From a virus (lineage: Duplodnaviria; Caudoviricetes): 64,000 bases of DNA. Made by a program: the position numbers and the translations under genes. The notes beneath the pieces are model-generated. The model did not search any database, was not told where the DNA came from, and saw only the letters and a program-made list of their open reading frames with translations. Location of the stretch: positions 12,210 to 76,209 of IMG/VR virus record IMGVR_UViG_3300012041_000002; one strand, 5' to 3'. Shown piece after piece: positions 17,477 to 26,113 of this stretch (the first letter of the stretch is position 1; every line of letters begins with the position of its first letter).

Positions 17477-18310
17477 CTACCGTCCCTCCCGGGCTATCTG
17501 GGCACAGAGGCCCGCTACTGGGCACCAGGGCGCCTTCCCGCGCCAGCCGGTGCATTTCCACACACTGTCCGAGTCCAGCTCCGCATCGAGTACAGGGGGC
17601 AGCAACTCGTCCACGTCATACGTTCCGTCGAACACCCCGACAAATTTAGAGATACGTGCGTCCAGATACTCTTTGGTTTGCCCCAAAGGCCATAGCTCCA
17701 GTGCTGTGCGATGCGGGCGCTTCATGGAGAACTGCTGGATAAGGGCTCGGGTAACTTCAATCGGCCCCTCAGTCTCCCACGTTTCCAGAGCCTCACCGTC
17801 AGGGCACTCGTGCATAAACTCATGCGGCTGGGCCAGCATGTACCTGTACACGGATAGCTGGGGAACCCAGTAGGGCTTCTTCTTGCCTACATCGTCGTCC
17901 TTGATGCTCTTGTAATCTATGAGTAACTTCTGCCCTGGAATCACCTTGTCCGGTTTACCACGAAGGTACATCCACCCCCCACCCGGAATCTCGTAAGTTA
18001 TGCGAATAGCCCTCTCCACAAGGGCATCATCTTCCTGGGTACCATCGTCGAGGAAGGCGTGTATCATCGTGCCCCGGTAGGCAGCGTAGGCATACTCAAG
18101 AGGCACCCAGTAGTCACTCTGCTGCTTGAGTACAATAGCCCGCGGGCAGTCAGAAAGCATCGTAGGAGAGATGTAGTCGCGCTCTTCCTGCACAAACATC
18201 TTCTCCACCGTCTGGGGTGTGTAGGGGAAGTCGTCAGGGTAGGTTCTCGCCAACTCGAGTATCTCCTCGTGAGTCCACCGTCGGCCATCCCAAATCCAAC
18301 CGATTTGCAT
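17477..18310 (-). CDS. Cas4/RecB-like PD-(D/E)XK exonuclease with Fe-S cysteines
   Basis: SPTMLSDCPR, GTMIHAFL, LRGKPD, LIDYKS, QLSVY, terminal C-x9-C-x5-C; start moved to MQIGWIW. Confidence 0.85.
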   Translation of the reverse strand: MQIGWIWDGRRWTHEEILELARTYPDDFPYTPQTVEKMFVQEERDYISPTMLSDCPRAIVLKQQSDYWVPLEYAYAAYRGTMIHAFLDDGTQEDDALVERAIRITYEIPGGGWMYLRGKPDKVIPGQKLLIDYKSIKDDDVGKKKPYWVPQLSVYRYMLAQPHEFMHECPDGEALETWETEGPIEVTRALIQQFSMKRPHRTALELWPLGQTKEYLDARISKFVGVFDGTYDVDELLPPVLDAELDSDSVWKCTGWRGKAPWCPVAGLCAQIAREGR

Positions 18311-18495
18311 TATCCTACCCTCTTTTTTTCGTAGGCTTCCAGCGCCCGCAAGGTAGCCCGCACCGTACATTTCGTAACCTTCAACACCAGTGTATCTCCG
18401 GCTTCATTCTTGATAAGTACGGTGTTGTTGTCCGGCCTCATGAATATCTCAACTATGCGACTCCCCTTGAAAGTCACCGGCTTCTTGTCGCTCAC
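18310..18495 (-). CDS. small hypothetical protein
   Basis: GTG start overlapping the upstream TGA (MSDKKPVTF...); TAATG coupling downstream. Confidence 0.55.
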   Translation of the reverse strand: MSDKKPVTFKGSRIVEIFMRPDNNTVLIKNEAGDTLVLKVTKCTVRATLRALEAYEKKRVG

Positions 18496-19010
18496 TGTAG
18501 CTGTCCCTGCATCACAGGCAACCCTTCGTGGTACTCGGTTCCCGGAACCTCTCGAAGGATTACCTCTATCGGCACGGTGTGCCCGGTAGACATATAGAGG
18601 GTTCGTTTCTCCCGCTCCCCCTTGGTGCCCACCACCTTCTCCGGGTAAGACAGTAAATGCTCGGCCATCCACGATTTGAGGGCCGGCACCGGTATGAGCA
18701 GCAGCTTCCCGCTTGTCACGAAGTAATAGGCAACCACATCGGCGCAGGTGTAAATCATGCAGCCGGGGTTGCCCTTTGAATTGTTCGACACCCGCTCGAG
18801 GTAAACATTGCCGCTCGTCCACCTGTCACCCTTTACCTCGCACAGGCGTATACCATCGCTGCTCTCCAGCAGCAAATCCACATCCAAAAGCTGGAAGAAT
18901 TTATCATCCTGAACGTCATGCACTTCACACTGGCTCTGGGACTTCACCCATGTGGAGAAGGACTGTACCGCCCAATCCCCTATCTTCGCGGCTTTGGAGA
19001 ACGTTAGCAT
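18492..19010 (-). CDS. restriction-endonuclease-like PD-(D/E)XK protein
   Basis: DVDLLL...CEVKGDRWTSGNVYLE, YYF; TAATG coupling at 19010. Confidence 0.65.
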   Translation of the reverse strand: MLTFSKAAKIGDWAVQSFSTWVKSQSQCEVHDVQDDKFFQLLDVDLLLESSDGIRLCEVKGDRWTSGNVYLERVSNNSKGNPGCMIYTCADVVAYYFVTSGKLLLIPVPALKSWMAEHLLSYPEKVVGTKGEREKRTLYMSTGHTVPIEVILREVPGTEYHEGLPVMQGQLQ

Positions 19011-19528
19011 TACTTCTTTTTCCTCTTGGCCTCGGAAGATGCTTTTATGGCGCATTGGGCACACAGCTTCTTACCGAAGCGTTCCACAGACAAAGCCTCA
19101 ACTTGCGCGGAGCTAATCTCGGCAGTGCCGCTGAAATAAGATTTGATGGCGTGTGGCTCACCATCCCCCTCACATTTCGTATACCCGTAAGACTCGGGGC
19201 TCTCGTCTACAGCGTCCCACTGTATACCTGTGGGTTCCGCCTCGACTTCTTCCTTCGGGGCTTCAATCTGATGCGCGTAATCAACGTCTACACCGGCAGT
19301 TCTCAGGCACTCATCGATAGCGTCGTCAAGCACATGCTTGACAGAACTTGTATTCAAAGTTAGGGCACCTATTTGCATGGTGCTCCAGTAACTGTACTCA
19401 CCCCTCTCTGTTACCACCTGCGCGATAACCGTAACCATTTCGCTATCCTGCTCCAGCATTACAATCTGGGTAGTGATGGACAGCTTCGAAAACTTCCTGT
19501 GCGCGGCTTTTACCAGTTCAGTGCTCAA
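19010..19528 (-). CDS. recombination-associated protein with C-terminal zinc finger
   Basis: CEGDG...S..RFGKKLCAQC tail typical of phage single-strand annealing proteins; AAGGAG RBS. Confidence 0.5.
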   Translation of the reverse strand: MSTELVKAAHRKFSKLSITTQIVMLEQDSEMVTVIAQVVTERGEYSYWSTMQIGALTLNTSSVKHVLDDAIDECLRTAGVDVDYAHQIEAPKEEVEAEPTGIQWDAVDESPESYGYTKCEGDGEPHAIKSYFSGTAEISSAQVEALSVERFGKKLCAQCAIKASSEAKRKKK

Positions 19529-19542
19529 CCTAGCTCCTTTTG

Positions 19543-19573
19543 TAAAGAGCGGGGGCTGTGGTGGCCCCCGCTC
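19543..19573 (-). terminator. GC-rich hairpin downstream of ssb (terminator or attenuator)
   Basis: GAGCGGGGGC/GCCCCCGCTC 10-bp stem followed by a short TTT on the - strand. Confidence 0.6.
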
Positions 19574-19585
19574 CGTCAGTTAGTC

Positions 19586-20041
19586 CTAGAAAGGCAAGTC
19601 GTCGTTTGGTGCCGATGCCTGGGTAGCCTCGCCACTCCCCATACTTTCCCGCAAAGCCTTGAAATCAACGCCACCACCAGTCTCAGGTGAGGAGGTGCCA
19701 CTATCCCCACGCCTGTTCGGCGAGGAGAGGAACACTATGTTCTGAACAACATACTCGTTCGTTGTTACCTGAATACCGTCCTTCTCGTATTGACGATTCT
19801 GCGCACGCCCTACAACCTCGACGTGTGAGCCTTTTTCCGTATAATCCCTCACCAGTTCGGCCTGCTTGCCAAAAGCAACGATGTTGAACCAATCGGTTTT
19901 GTTCTTACCATCGGCGTCCTTTGTAAAGCCCGTTACCCCTATTGAGAACGAGGCAGTCACCTTGTCACCGTTAGTGAAGATTTTCGGGTCACGTCCTAGA
20001 TACCCACTGAACACGCAATTATTCAATCCTGGGTTTGCCAC
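19586..20041 (-). CDS. ssb: single-stranded DNA-binding protein
   Basis: LNNCVFSGYLGRDP...TDWFNIVAFGKQAE..KGSHVEVVGR..; acidic tail NDDLPF. Confidence 0.95.
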   Translation of the reverse strand: MANPGLNNCVFSGYLGRDPKIFTNGDKVTASFSIGVTGFTKDADGKNKTDWFNIVAFGKQAELVRDYTEKGSHVEVVGRAQNRQYEKDGIQVTTNEYVVQNIVFLSSPNRRGDSGTSSPETGGGVDFKALRESMGSGEATQASAPNDDLPF

Positions 20042-20105
20042 TTCATTTACTCCTTTTCGTTCATACTAAGTATATACTATCAAGCATACTTTGACTATCA
20101 ATCAA

Positions 20106-20134
20106 AGTATAGCACACGTTTGCCCGGCTGTCAA
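20106..20134 (-). promoter_or_regulatory. consensus sigma70 promoter for ssb
   Basis: TTGACA-17-TATACT on the - strand with TGn; inverted repeat ATACTTTGA-N7-TCAAAGTAT (20086-20110) overlaps the -10. Confidence 0.8.
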
Positions 20135-21114
20135 GGACGCATTTGAAAGATGGTGCTGAATGCCTTTGGCTGCACACCTTCCAGCGGTTGGAACTCCCCC
20201 CTAAAGTTCACATAACCTGCCTTGACAAGTTCGGAAATGTCCTTGCCGTATGTCGGGCTCCATGTAACCCGGTACGACTCGATACCAATGTTACGCATGA
20301 CTCTCCACAGCCGCCTGCTGGCCTCGCGGCCCGCGGCGTCGGCGTCATAGCAGATATAAACACGCATCTCTGTCAGCTCCCCCAATATTGGCAGAGCTGC
20401 CTTCGACAGCAAGTTTCGACACCCGGAAGTGCAGGAGATGGCAACCCCACCTGCCTGCACCATAGCCAGAGCATCAAACTCCCCCTCGACGAGGGCAACC
20501 TTCTTGCACCCATTTGCCAGCAGGGGCCACCTCACCCCCGGCGGTATGTACCACCTTGGTGGGCTTCCACACCCCTCTGCGTGCCAGTATTTGTTTTGAG
20601 TGTTACGCCAGTTGTCCTCGTCTACCCTGTACCGTATGTTCACCAGCTTCCCGTTATAGTCAAACACCGGTATGGTGTACGCGAAGCCTGTCCACCCTAT
20701 ACGTGCTTCCCGAATGGTTTCGGGAAGCAGCCCATACTTGTTACATAGCCAACCAATCTTGTTTGGGTGTTCGTCCAATAATTTAGCAAAGCTATCAATG
20801 GTTGATGGGTTTAGGGTAAGGGGTGAGGGGAGGGGAGCGTCTGGCCCGCTCTCACCGTTGCACAACGCGGAGGCTATCTCCAGCGCATCTATCTTGCTAC
20901 ATTCACGCACCCTCATGATGTGCTCGAGGGCCTTCTCGCGGAATCCGCACACGAAGCAGTAGGTGTTGCTCGGGTATACGGCCAGGTTTGGCTTGTTCTT
21001 GTCTGTGTGCGCGGGGCACCTGACGAACACGGGGTTGCCGCGTTCCCCCGGGTACAAGCCACGCAAGTCCACACGCCTGGCTAAGTCAGGCACGAGATAC
21101 TGTGTAGCAACCAT
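20131..21114 (-). CDS. DNA primase (CHC2 zinc finger + TOPRIM)
   Basis: RCPAHTD...YCFVCG (CHC2), LVEGEFDALA, CYDADAAG; AAGGAG RBS before ATG 21114. Confidence 0.92.
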   Translation of the reverse strand: MVATQYLVPDLARRVDLRGLYPGERGNPVFVRCPAHTDKNKPNLAVYPSNTYCFVCGFREKALEHIMRVRECSKIDALEIASALCNGESGPDAPLPSPLTLNPSTIDSFAKLLDEHPNKIGWLCNKYGLLPETIREARIGWTGFAYTIPVFDYNGKLVNIRYRVDEDNWRNTQNKYWHAEGCGSPPRWYIPPGVRWPLLANGCKKVALVEGEFDALAMVQAGGVAISCTSGCRNLLSKAALPILGELTEMRVYICYDADAAGREASRRLWRVMRNIGIESYRVTWSPTYGKDISELVKAGYVNFRGEFQPLEGVQPKAFSTIFQMRP

Positions 21115-21177
21115 ACTCTCACTCCTTTCTGGCTCCAGTCGAGGTGGCCTCGGTTTTGACAGCGACTGACAAAATGG

Positions 21178-21206
21178 AGTATAACCGAAGGATATTTGAT
21201 TGTCAA
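21178..21206 (-). promoter_or_regulatory. leftward sigma70 promoter (primase)
   Basis: TTGACA-17-TATACT. Confidence 0.8.
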
Positions 21207-21232
21207 TACTTTTGCCAATTTTGGTTTGGCTA

Positions 21233-21261
21233 TTGACAAAGTTGGCAGAATGTTTTATCAT
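21233..21261 (+). promoter_or_regulatory. rightward sigma70 promoter (dnaB operon)
   Basis: TTGACA-17-TATCAT. Confidence 0.75.
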
Positions 21262-21519
21262 CAGTCAAAGGGGTTGGGGTTGGAGCTGGAAAGAGGCAAT
21301 ACCTCTAACCTTGAAGAATATATTACTCTAATCCCTTTTCAGGGATTAGAACTAAAAGGAGTAGCCTATTAGTATTGCAGAATGTCTTATTAGTTAGAGA
21401 GTAAACACACCTAGGTTGCAGAGTTAAAGGGGTGAGAGTATAGGACATACGTGCTATGTGTATAGATACCCTCCCCATCCCTCACACCTTTACCTACTAC
21501 GTTACGTAAGGAGAGTTTT

Positions 21520-22455
21520 ATGAACTTGGAGGCGACTGTTACGAAGTTGAAGAAACTGAGTGCGGAGAACACGTTTGAGAAGATTAAGTTGTTTCGTGAG
21601 AAGCCCGGGTTTATACCGGGCATAAGTACGGGGTACCCAAAACTGGACAGGAAGCTGGGCGGCTTACAGGCGCGAACGTTTACACTTCTGGCCGCCCGTC
21701 CGAAGGTGGGTAAGAGTGCGCTGGTGCTCAACATAGTGCTCAATGCTGGGCTGGATGGCAAACGGGTGGCTTTTTTCTCGCAGGAAATGTCTGAGGACCA
21801 GCTACTGTGGCGTCTGGCGTCCATGACGTCCGGGATACCCGGGCAGGCGATACGGGAGGGGTTCAGGTACGAACATGGCGTTGAGGTGCCCTTGCAGGAG
21901 TATGAGTACGAGCTGTTCCAGAAGGGGGCCGAGTATGCCACCACCCTACCAATCGGGCTGCACGTAGGGGGCATCACCACAGACGCCATGTGGAAGGTAC
22001 TCGAGGAGCTTGAAGGCAGAATAGACATTGCGGTAACCGACCATATCGGGCTGCACACTGATATGCCCACGGCATCTCCATACCAGCGTGTTACGGCAGT
22101 CACCCGCTCCCTCAAGGATATGAAACTGCGGTTCAACATTCCGATACTGGGTGTAGCGCAACTCTCGCGCTCGGTAGAGCAGCGAGAGGATAAGAGGCCA
22201 CAGATTTATGATTTGCGGGACTCCGGTAGCGCCGAGCAAGACGCAGACACTATCCTGCTCATGTACCGTGCGGATTATTACGTGCCACAGGACGATGCTG
22301 CCGCTGCCAAGCCGTCAGATGTGGAGTTGAATGTGGCGGCTAACCGGGATGGGCCTACTGGAGTAGTGCATTTTCATTACGACAGGGCCACCCAGAGGTT
22401 CACGGAGAAAGGGAGCGATGGCAGCCAGACGAGTGAGGACGAAGCGCCTTTCTGA
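21520..22455 (+). CDS. dnaB: replicative DNA helicase, DnaB family (motor domain only)
   Basis: LAARPKVGKS (Walker A), FSQEMS, VTDHIG, AQLSR.VEQREDKRP...DLRDSGSAEQDAD, NRDGPTG. Confidence 0.95.
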   Translation: MNLEATVTKLKKLSAENTFEKIKLFREKPGFIPGISTGYPKLDRKLGGLQARTFTLLAARPKVGKSALVLNIVLNAGLDGKRVAFFSQEMSEDQLLWRLASMTSGIPGQAIREGFRYEHGVEVPLQEYEYELFQKGAEYATTLPIGLHVGGITTDAMWKVLEELEGRIDIAVTDHIGLHTDMPTASPYQRVTAVTRSLKDMKLRFNIPILGVAQLSRSVEQREDKRPQIYDLRDSGSAEQDADTILLMYRADYYVPQDDAAAAKPSDVELNVAANRDGPTGVVHFHYDRATQRFTEKGSDGSQTSEDEAPF

Positions 22456-22577
22456 AATTGCGGTTGTAGAGAGGCGTGTATCAGGGTTGCGTACACGAAA
22501 ATTGTTTCTACTGGACGACGAACGCGGGCAACTTGTAGCGCTGGAGTGGGTTCTCAGGTTGCTAAAAGGTGAATTGA

Positions 22578-22781
22578 ATGAAATGGATTACCGATAGGTG
22601 CGCGGTGGTGGAATGCAGTAAGAAGGCGCCCAAGGATGCAGAGCTTCTGGACGAGTGGACAGAACTCAACAGTACAGCCTCGGTAGACGGGCGTGTAGTT
22701 AGCATCACGGTGCTTGTGTGCCCGCAGTGCGCGAAGAAAGTGTTAGCGCACCAGAAGGGAGAGATTAGCCTTGTCAAGTGA
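22578..22781 (+). CDS. small zinc-binding protein
   Basis: RCAVVEC...VCPQC. Confidence 0.6.
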   Translation: MKWITDRCAVVECSKKAPKDAELLDEWTELNSTASVDGRVVSITVLVCPQCAKKVLAHQKGEISLVK

Positions 22782-23298
22782 GCATGAAGAGCAGGTAGCC
22801 TTCTTCCGTATGGTGCGCCAGTACCGTGACTACCCAGAGTACCACAAGTTGCAGGCGGTGTTCGCTGTGCCCAACGGTAACAAGCGCGAGGGTGCGGTGG
22901 CCCAGTCCCTGTCCGACGAGGGTGTGGAGCCGGGTGTGCCGGATGTGCTAATCCTTGCCTACGGGGAAGATAACTCTTTCTCCGAGTCGGAATTTGTTGA
23001 AGTGTACGGGTTCGCTGCCATAGAGTTCAAGAAGCCAGGGCGTGAGAAAGAACGTGCCCGTATGGGTAACGTTGAGCCATTCTACGTTGGCAAGTCTGAG
23101 ATACGCCCGATTGGTTTGAGGGACTCAAACAAGATGGTTACAACCGGGGGGTTCTCGGACTACCAGCTTGGGTGGGCAACCATAATTTCTGAGAACAGTG
23201 GAGACTACTTCGCTGCTTACAACTGGGTAGACGCATGGAATTACCTGTGTGACTATCTGGATTACCCAGCACTAAAAGTGAATAAGGAGGCAGCATAG
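22771..23298 (+). CDS. VRR-NUC domain endonuclease (resolvase-like)
   Basis: SEHEEQ..FF..AVPNG..R...EGV.PGVPDVLI...IEFK. Confidence 0.85.
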   Translation: MSSEHEEQVAFFRMVRQYRDYPEYHKLQAVFAVPNGNKREGAVAQSLSDEGVEPGVPDVLILAYGEDNSFSESEFVEVYGFAAIEFKKPGREKERARMGNVEPFYVGKSEIRPIGLRDSNKMVTTGGFSDYQLGWATIISENSGDYFAAYNWVDAWNYLCDYLDYPALKVNKEAA

Positions 23299-24227
23299 TG
23301 CCTGAAATCATAGACGGTGAGTATGAAGTGCTCGACGATGATGGCCCTGTGACATTTCTGGACGAGGCGCCAATACCCCCGGGTGAGGTGTACGTCGGCG
23401 AGAGCGATAAGGGTATTTTTCTGGATGCTTCGGACATCGAGGAGTTGATAAAGGACTCGTCGCTTGTGAATGTGGCCCAGGAGCAGAACCCACAAACCCT
23501 CGATATTCTGGCCGAGGCTTTTCCCAGCCTGCGCCCGGGAATAGACGAAGCCAAGCATGAGCGGTTGTTACTGTGCAAGGACGACATCACCAACGCCCTG
23601 CGCATCAGCAATTCCATGATGATGTTTGTGGCTGGCAAGGTTCTTCTAATCGAGAGGGAGCGCCTGTACGAGGCCGAGATAAACCAACGTACAGGAGAGC
23701 CGTACAAGTCCATGTACGAATACTACCCGGACTTGCTCGACGAACTGCGCTCTACGGTGATGCACAAGCTGTCCAAGCGGCAGGTGCAAGCCTACGTGGC
23801 TATACACAAGGTGCTGGTGGAGGGGCTCGGGGTTACCACGGACACCATTGAGCAAATCGGGGTGTCCAACGCCACCGAGCTGCTCGAGGCCACCGATTAC
23901 AACCCACGCACTGGACAGGTTGCCGAGGAGCCACGCCCGGGCAAGCTGGGCAAGGTTGAGGTACTGGATATGCTGGCCCAGATAGCCGACGAAGCGTGGG
24001 ATTACAAACAAACGAGGCAGGCGCTCGGAGAGGCCCGCGGGGTTATGCAGCGCACTGTACACGTCAACTGGGAGCCGTCCGGCATACCAAAGGGCTCCAC
24101 CCTGGCGCTCACAGGAATCACCATCTTCGAAGATGGGGTGCCACAGGGCTACATGGCATACAAGCCTGAGCTGGCCGAGTGGTTGACTAAGAAGCTGGGT
24201 GCGACTAGCAATCTGGAGGAGTTGTAG
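23298..24227 (+). CDS. hypothetical protein (DUF3102-like helical region)
   Basis: AAGGAGG RBS; GKVLLI.RE.LY...YKSMYEY...LSKRQVQAY pattern. Confidence 0.6.
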   Translation: MPEIIDGEYEVLDDDGPVTFLDEAPIPPGEVYVGESDKGIFLDASDIEELIKDSSLVNVAQEQNPQTLDILAEAFPSLRPGIDEAKHERLLLCKDDITNALRISNSMMMFVAGKVLLIERERLYEAEINQRTGEPYKSMYEYYPDLLDELRSTVMHKLSKRQVQAYVAIHKVLVEGLGVTTDTIEQIGVSNATELLEATDYNPRTGQVAEEPRPGKLGKVEVLDMLAQIADEAWDYKQTRQALGEARGVMQRTVHVNWEPSGIPKGSTLALTGITIFEDGVPQGYMAYKPELAEWLTKKLGATSNLEEL

Positions 24228-24484
24228 TGGTTACGAAGATTAGGATTACCGGGCTGTGGACTGGGGGCATTGCCCCGTTCGTGGCCGAGGTGGATTGGGG
24301 TGACGACAGCACCATGCTGAAACTTCCCCTCAGTTTGGAGAACGCTGTGGTGCTGCCTGGGGTAGCAGGCCCCTTTGGGGGTGTTGAGATGGAGTCAAGC
24401 GGGGTGGTGTCAGGGTACAACCTGATGGGTGAGTGGGTGGACATACCGGCTGGGCCATACCCGGCTTATTCTGAGGCCAAATGA
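24227..24484 (+). CDS. hypothetical protein
   Basis: GGAGGAG RBS, TAGTG coupling. Confidence 0.6.
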   Translation: MVTKIRITGLWTGGIAPFVAEVDWGDDSTMLKLPLSLENAVVLPGVAGPFGGVEMESSGVVSGYNLMGEWVDIPAGPYPAYSEAK

Positions 24485-24515
24485 CTTTTTCGCGGGGGCG
24501 AGAGATGAAGATTAG

Positions 24516-24833
24516 TTGCCAGAATACGTGCGTATCGAATATACGCGATACATTATCGAGAACGTGCTCAAGAATTTTCCTGAGCTTTACACCATGTCCC
24601 GACACGGGAACATCGGTGACGGAACCAGCACGCAGTTGATTACCATCATGCTGTGTGACATTGAGAAGGCAGGTGCGCAGGTGCCCAAGGATTTACATCC
24701 TTACATCACTTCCCTGTTCGTGGCCGGCGACGGTGCGCTAGTCGGCGAGCCTTATGCTGCCTGTTCTGGGCAGGACTTCGAGAACATCTGTAACGAGATG
24801 TACGAGGTGCTCAACATTATCGGGCTTGATTAG
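24516..24833 (+). CDS. hypothetical protein (possibly a sigma-factor-like helical fragment)
   Basis: ORF track; fills the gap. Confidence 0.5.
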   Translation: MPEYVRIEYTRYIIENVLKNFPELYTMSRHGNIGDGTSTQLITIMLCDIEKAGAQVPKDLHPYITSLFVAGDGALVGEPYAACSGQDFENICNEMYEVLNIIGLD

Positions 24834-24845
24834 AGGGGGAACATT

Positions 24846-25517
24846 ATGCAGTGTATAGCAATTAGCGGTAAGTTTTGTAGCGGAAAGGATAGCCTGGCTA
24901 ACGAGTTGATTGCGTTGGACGAGCGCTACCGCCGTATAAGCCTGGCCGACGCCTTGAAGCAAGATATTTGCGATTTGTGCTGTGTGCCTCTGGCTACACT
25001 AAACGCCAACAAGCATATCTATCGTGGGCTGTTACAGGCATACGGGGTGGTGATGCGCGACGTTTGGGGTGACGACTACTGGGTGGACAGGCTTTTCGAT
25101 GATGCTCGGGCAGCAGGGAATGAGCACCTGATTATAGCAGACGTGCGCTTTCCCAGCGAGGTACTGGGCATAAAGGGTTTCCTTGGTGAGGAGAACACTC
25201 ACCTGATAAGGCTCACCGCACCTATAGAGGTGCTGGTGGAGCGCTATAAGGAGATTTATGGAACGGAACCTACTGAGGAGCAACTTCGGCACTCGTCCGA
25301 AACAGCTCTTGATGATTATGTTGCGCCGGGCGTCAGCTTTCATCAGTACCTTCGCTCTGACTTGGGTAGCCCTAAATTGCTGGCACGCATTGTTGCAGAC
25401 ACCCTCGCGTCGAAGGGCTTTGATTTCGGCCCGGCTCCGGTTGTGCAGGAAGCAGTGGTTTTGGAAGCATATAAGGGAACTGATGGAGGACAAGATGCCG
25501 ATAGTGCAGCCGCGTAA
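24846..25517 (+). CDS. deoxynucleoside monophosphate kinase
   Basis: ISGKFCSGKD (P-loop), SLADALK, RGLLQAYG..RD..YWV, IIADVRFPSE, HSSE. Confidence 0.9.
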   Translation: MQCIAISGKFCSGKDSLANELIALDERYRRISLADALKQDICDLCCVPLATLNANKHIYRGLLQAYGVVMRDVWGDDYWVDRLFDDARAAGNEHLIIADVRFPSEVLGIKGFLGEENTHLIRLTAPIEVLVERYKEIYGTEPTEEQLRHSSETALDDYVAPGVSFHQYLRSDLGSPKLLARIVADTLASKGFDFGPAPVVQEAVVLEAYKGTDGGQDADSAAA

Positions 25518-26112
25518 GGTAGCCATTATAGACATAGACGGGGTGCTGTGCTGCACCTGCCCAACCGCGATGAACAAGCTGCGGAAGGCCGAGGGGCTGC
25601 TGCCCGTGCCCCCTCCTACGGAGTATGGGCTTAGTGATTACTTCTCCACCGAGCGGGAATACTGCCTCAAGGCTTTCAAGGAGCCGAAGGTATACGAGTT
25701 GTGCGAGCCGTTCGAGGGGGCTGTTGATGCCGTCAAGGAGATAGCCACCAAGTTCGATATTTGTTATTTTACTGCCCGAGGGGTTGACTATAATCAAACT
25801 ATCGATGATAATAGTATCGGTGATGTTACCCTGAGATGGCTTCGGCAGCAAGGCTTCCCGGAAGCGCCTACGTGCTTCCTCGGGCCTGGGGAAACGAAAG
25901 TACAGGTGGCTAAATCCCACTATGGGAACGACATAGCCTTCATAGTCGAGGATAAGTTTGCCACGGCAAATGACTTCGCAGAAGCGGGGATAGAGGCTTT
26001 CCTTGTGCGCTACCCATACAACTGGCAAGCGCAGTACCCGTCGAAGGTTATACCGGTAGGCTCAATCAAGGACGTACCGTTCTGGGCGAAGCTGCTGGGA
26101 ATGGAGAAGTAA
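25495..26112 (+). CDS. 5'(3')-deoxyribonucleotidase, HAD family (NT5C-like)
   Basis: IDIDGVL (DxD), PFEGA, FTARG, T..WL, IVED, YNW; GGAGG RBS before ATG 25495. Confidence 0.85.
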   Translation: MPIVQPRKVAIIDIDGVLCCTCPTAMNKLRKAEGLLPVPPPTEYGLSDYFSTEREYCLKAFKEPKVYELCEPFEGAVDAVKEIATKFDICYFTARGVDYNQTIDDNSIGDVTLRWLRQQGFPEAPTCFLGPGETKVQVAKSHYGNDIAFIVEDKFATANDFAEAGIEAFLVRYPYNWQAQYPSKVIPVGSIKDVPFWAKLLGMEK

Positions 26113-26113
26113 G

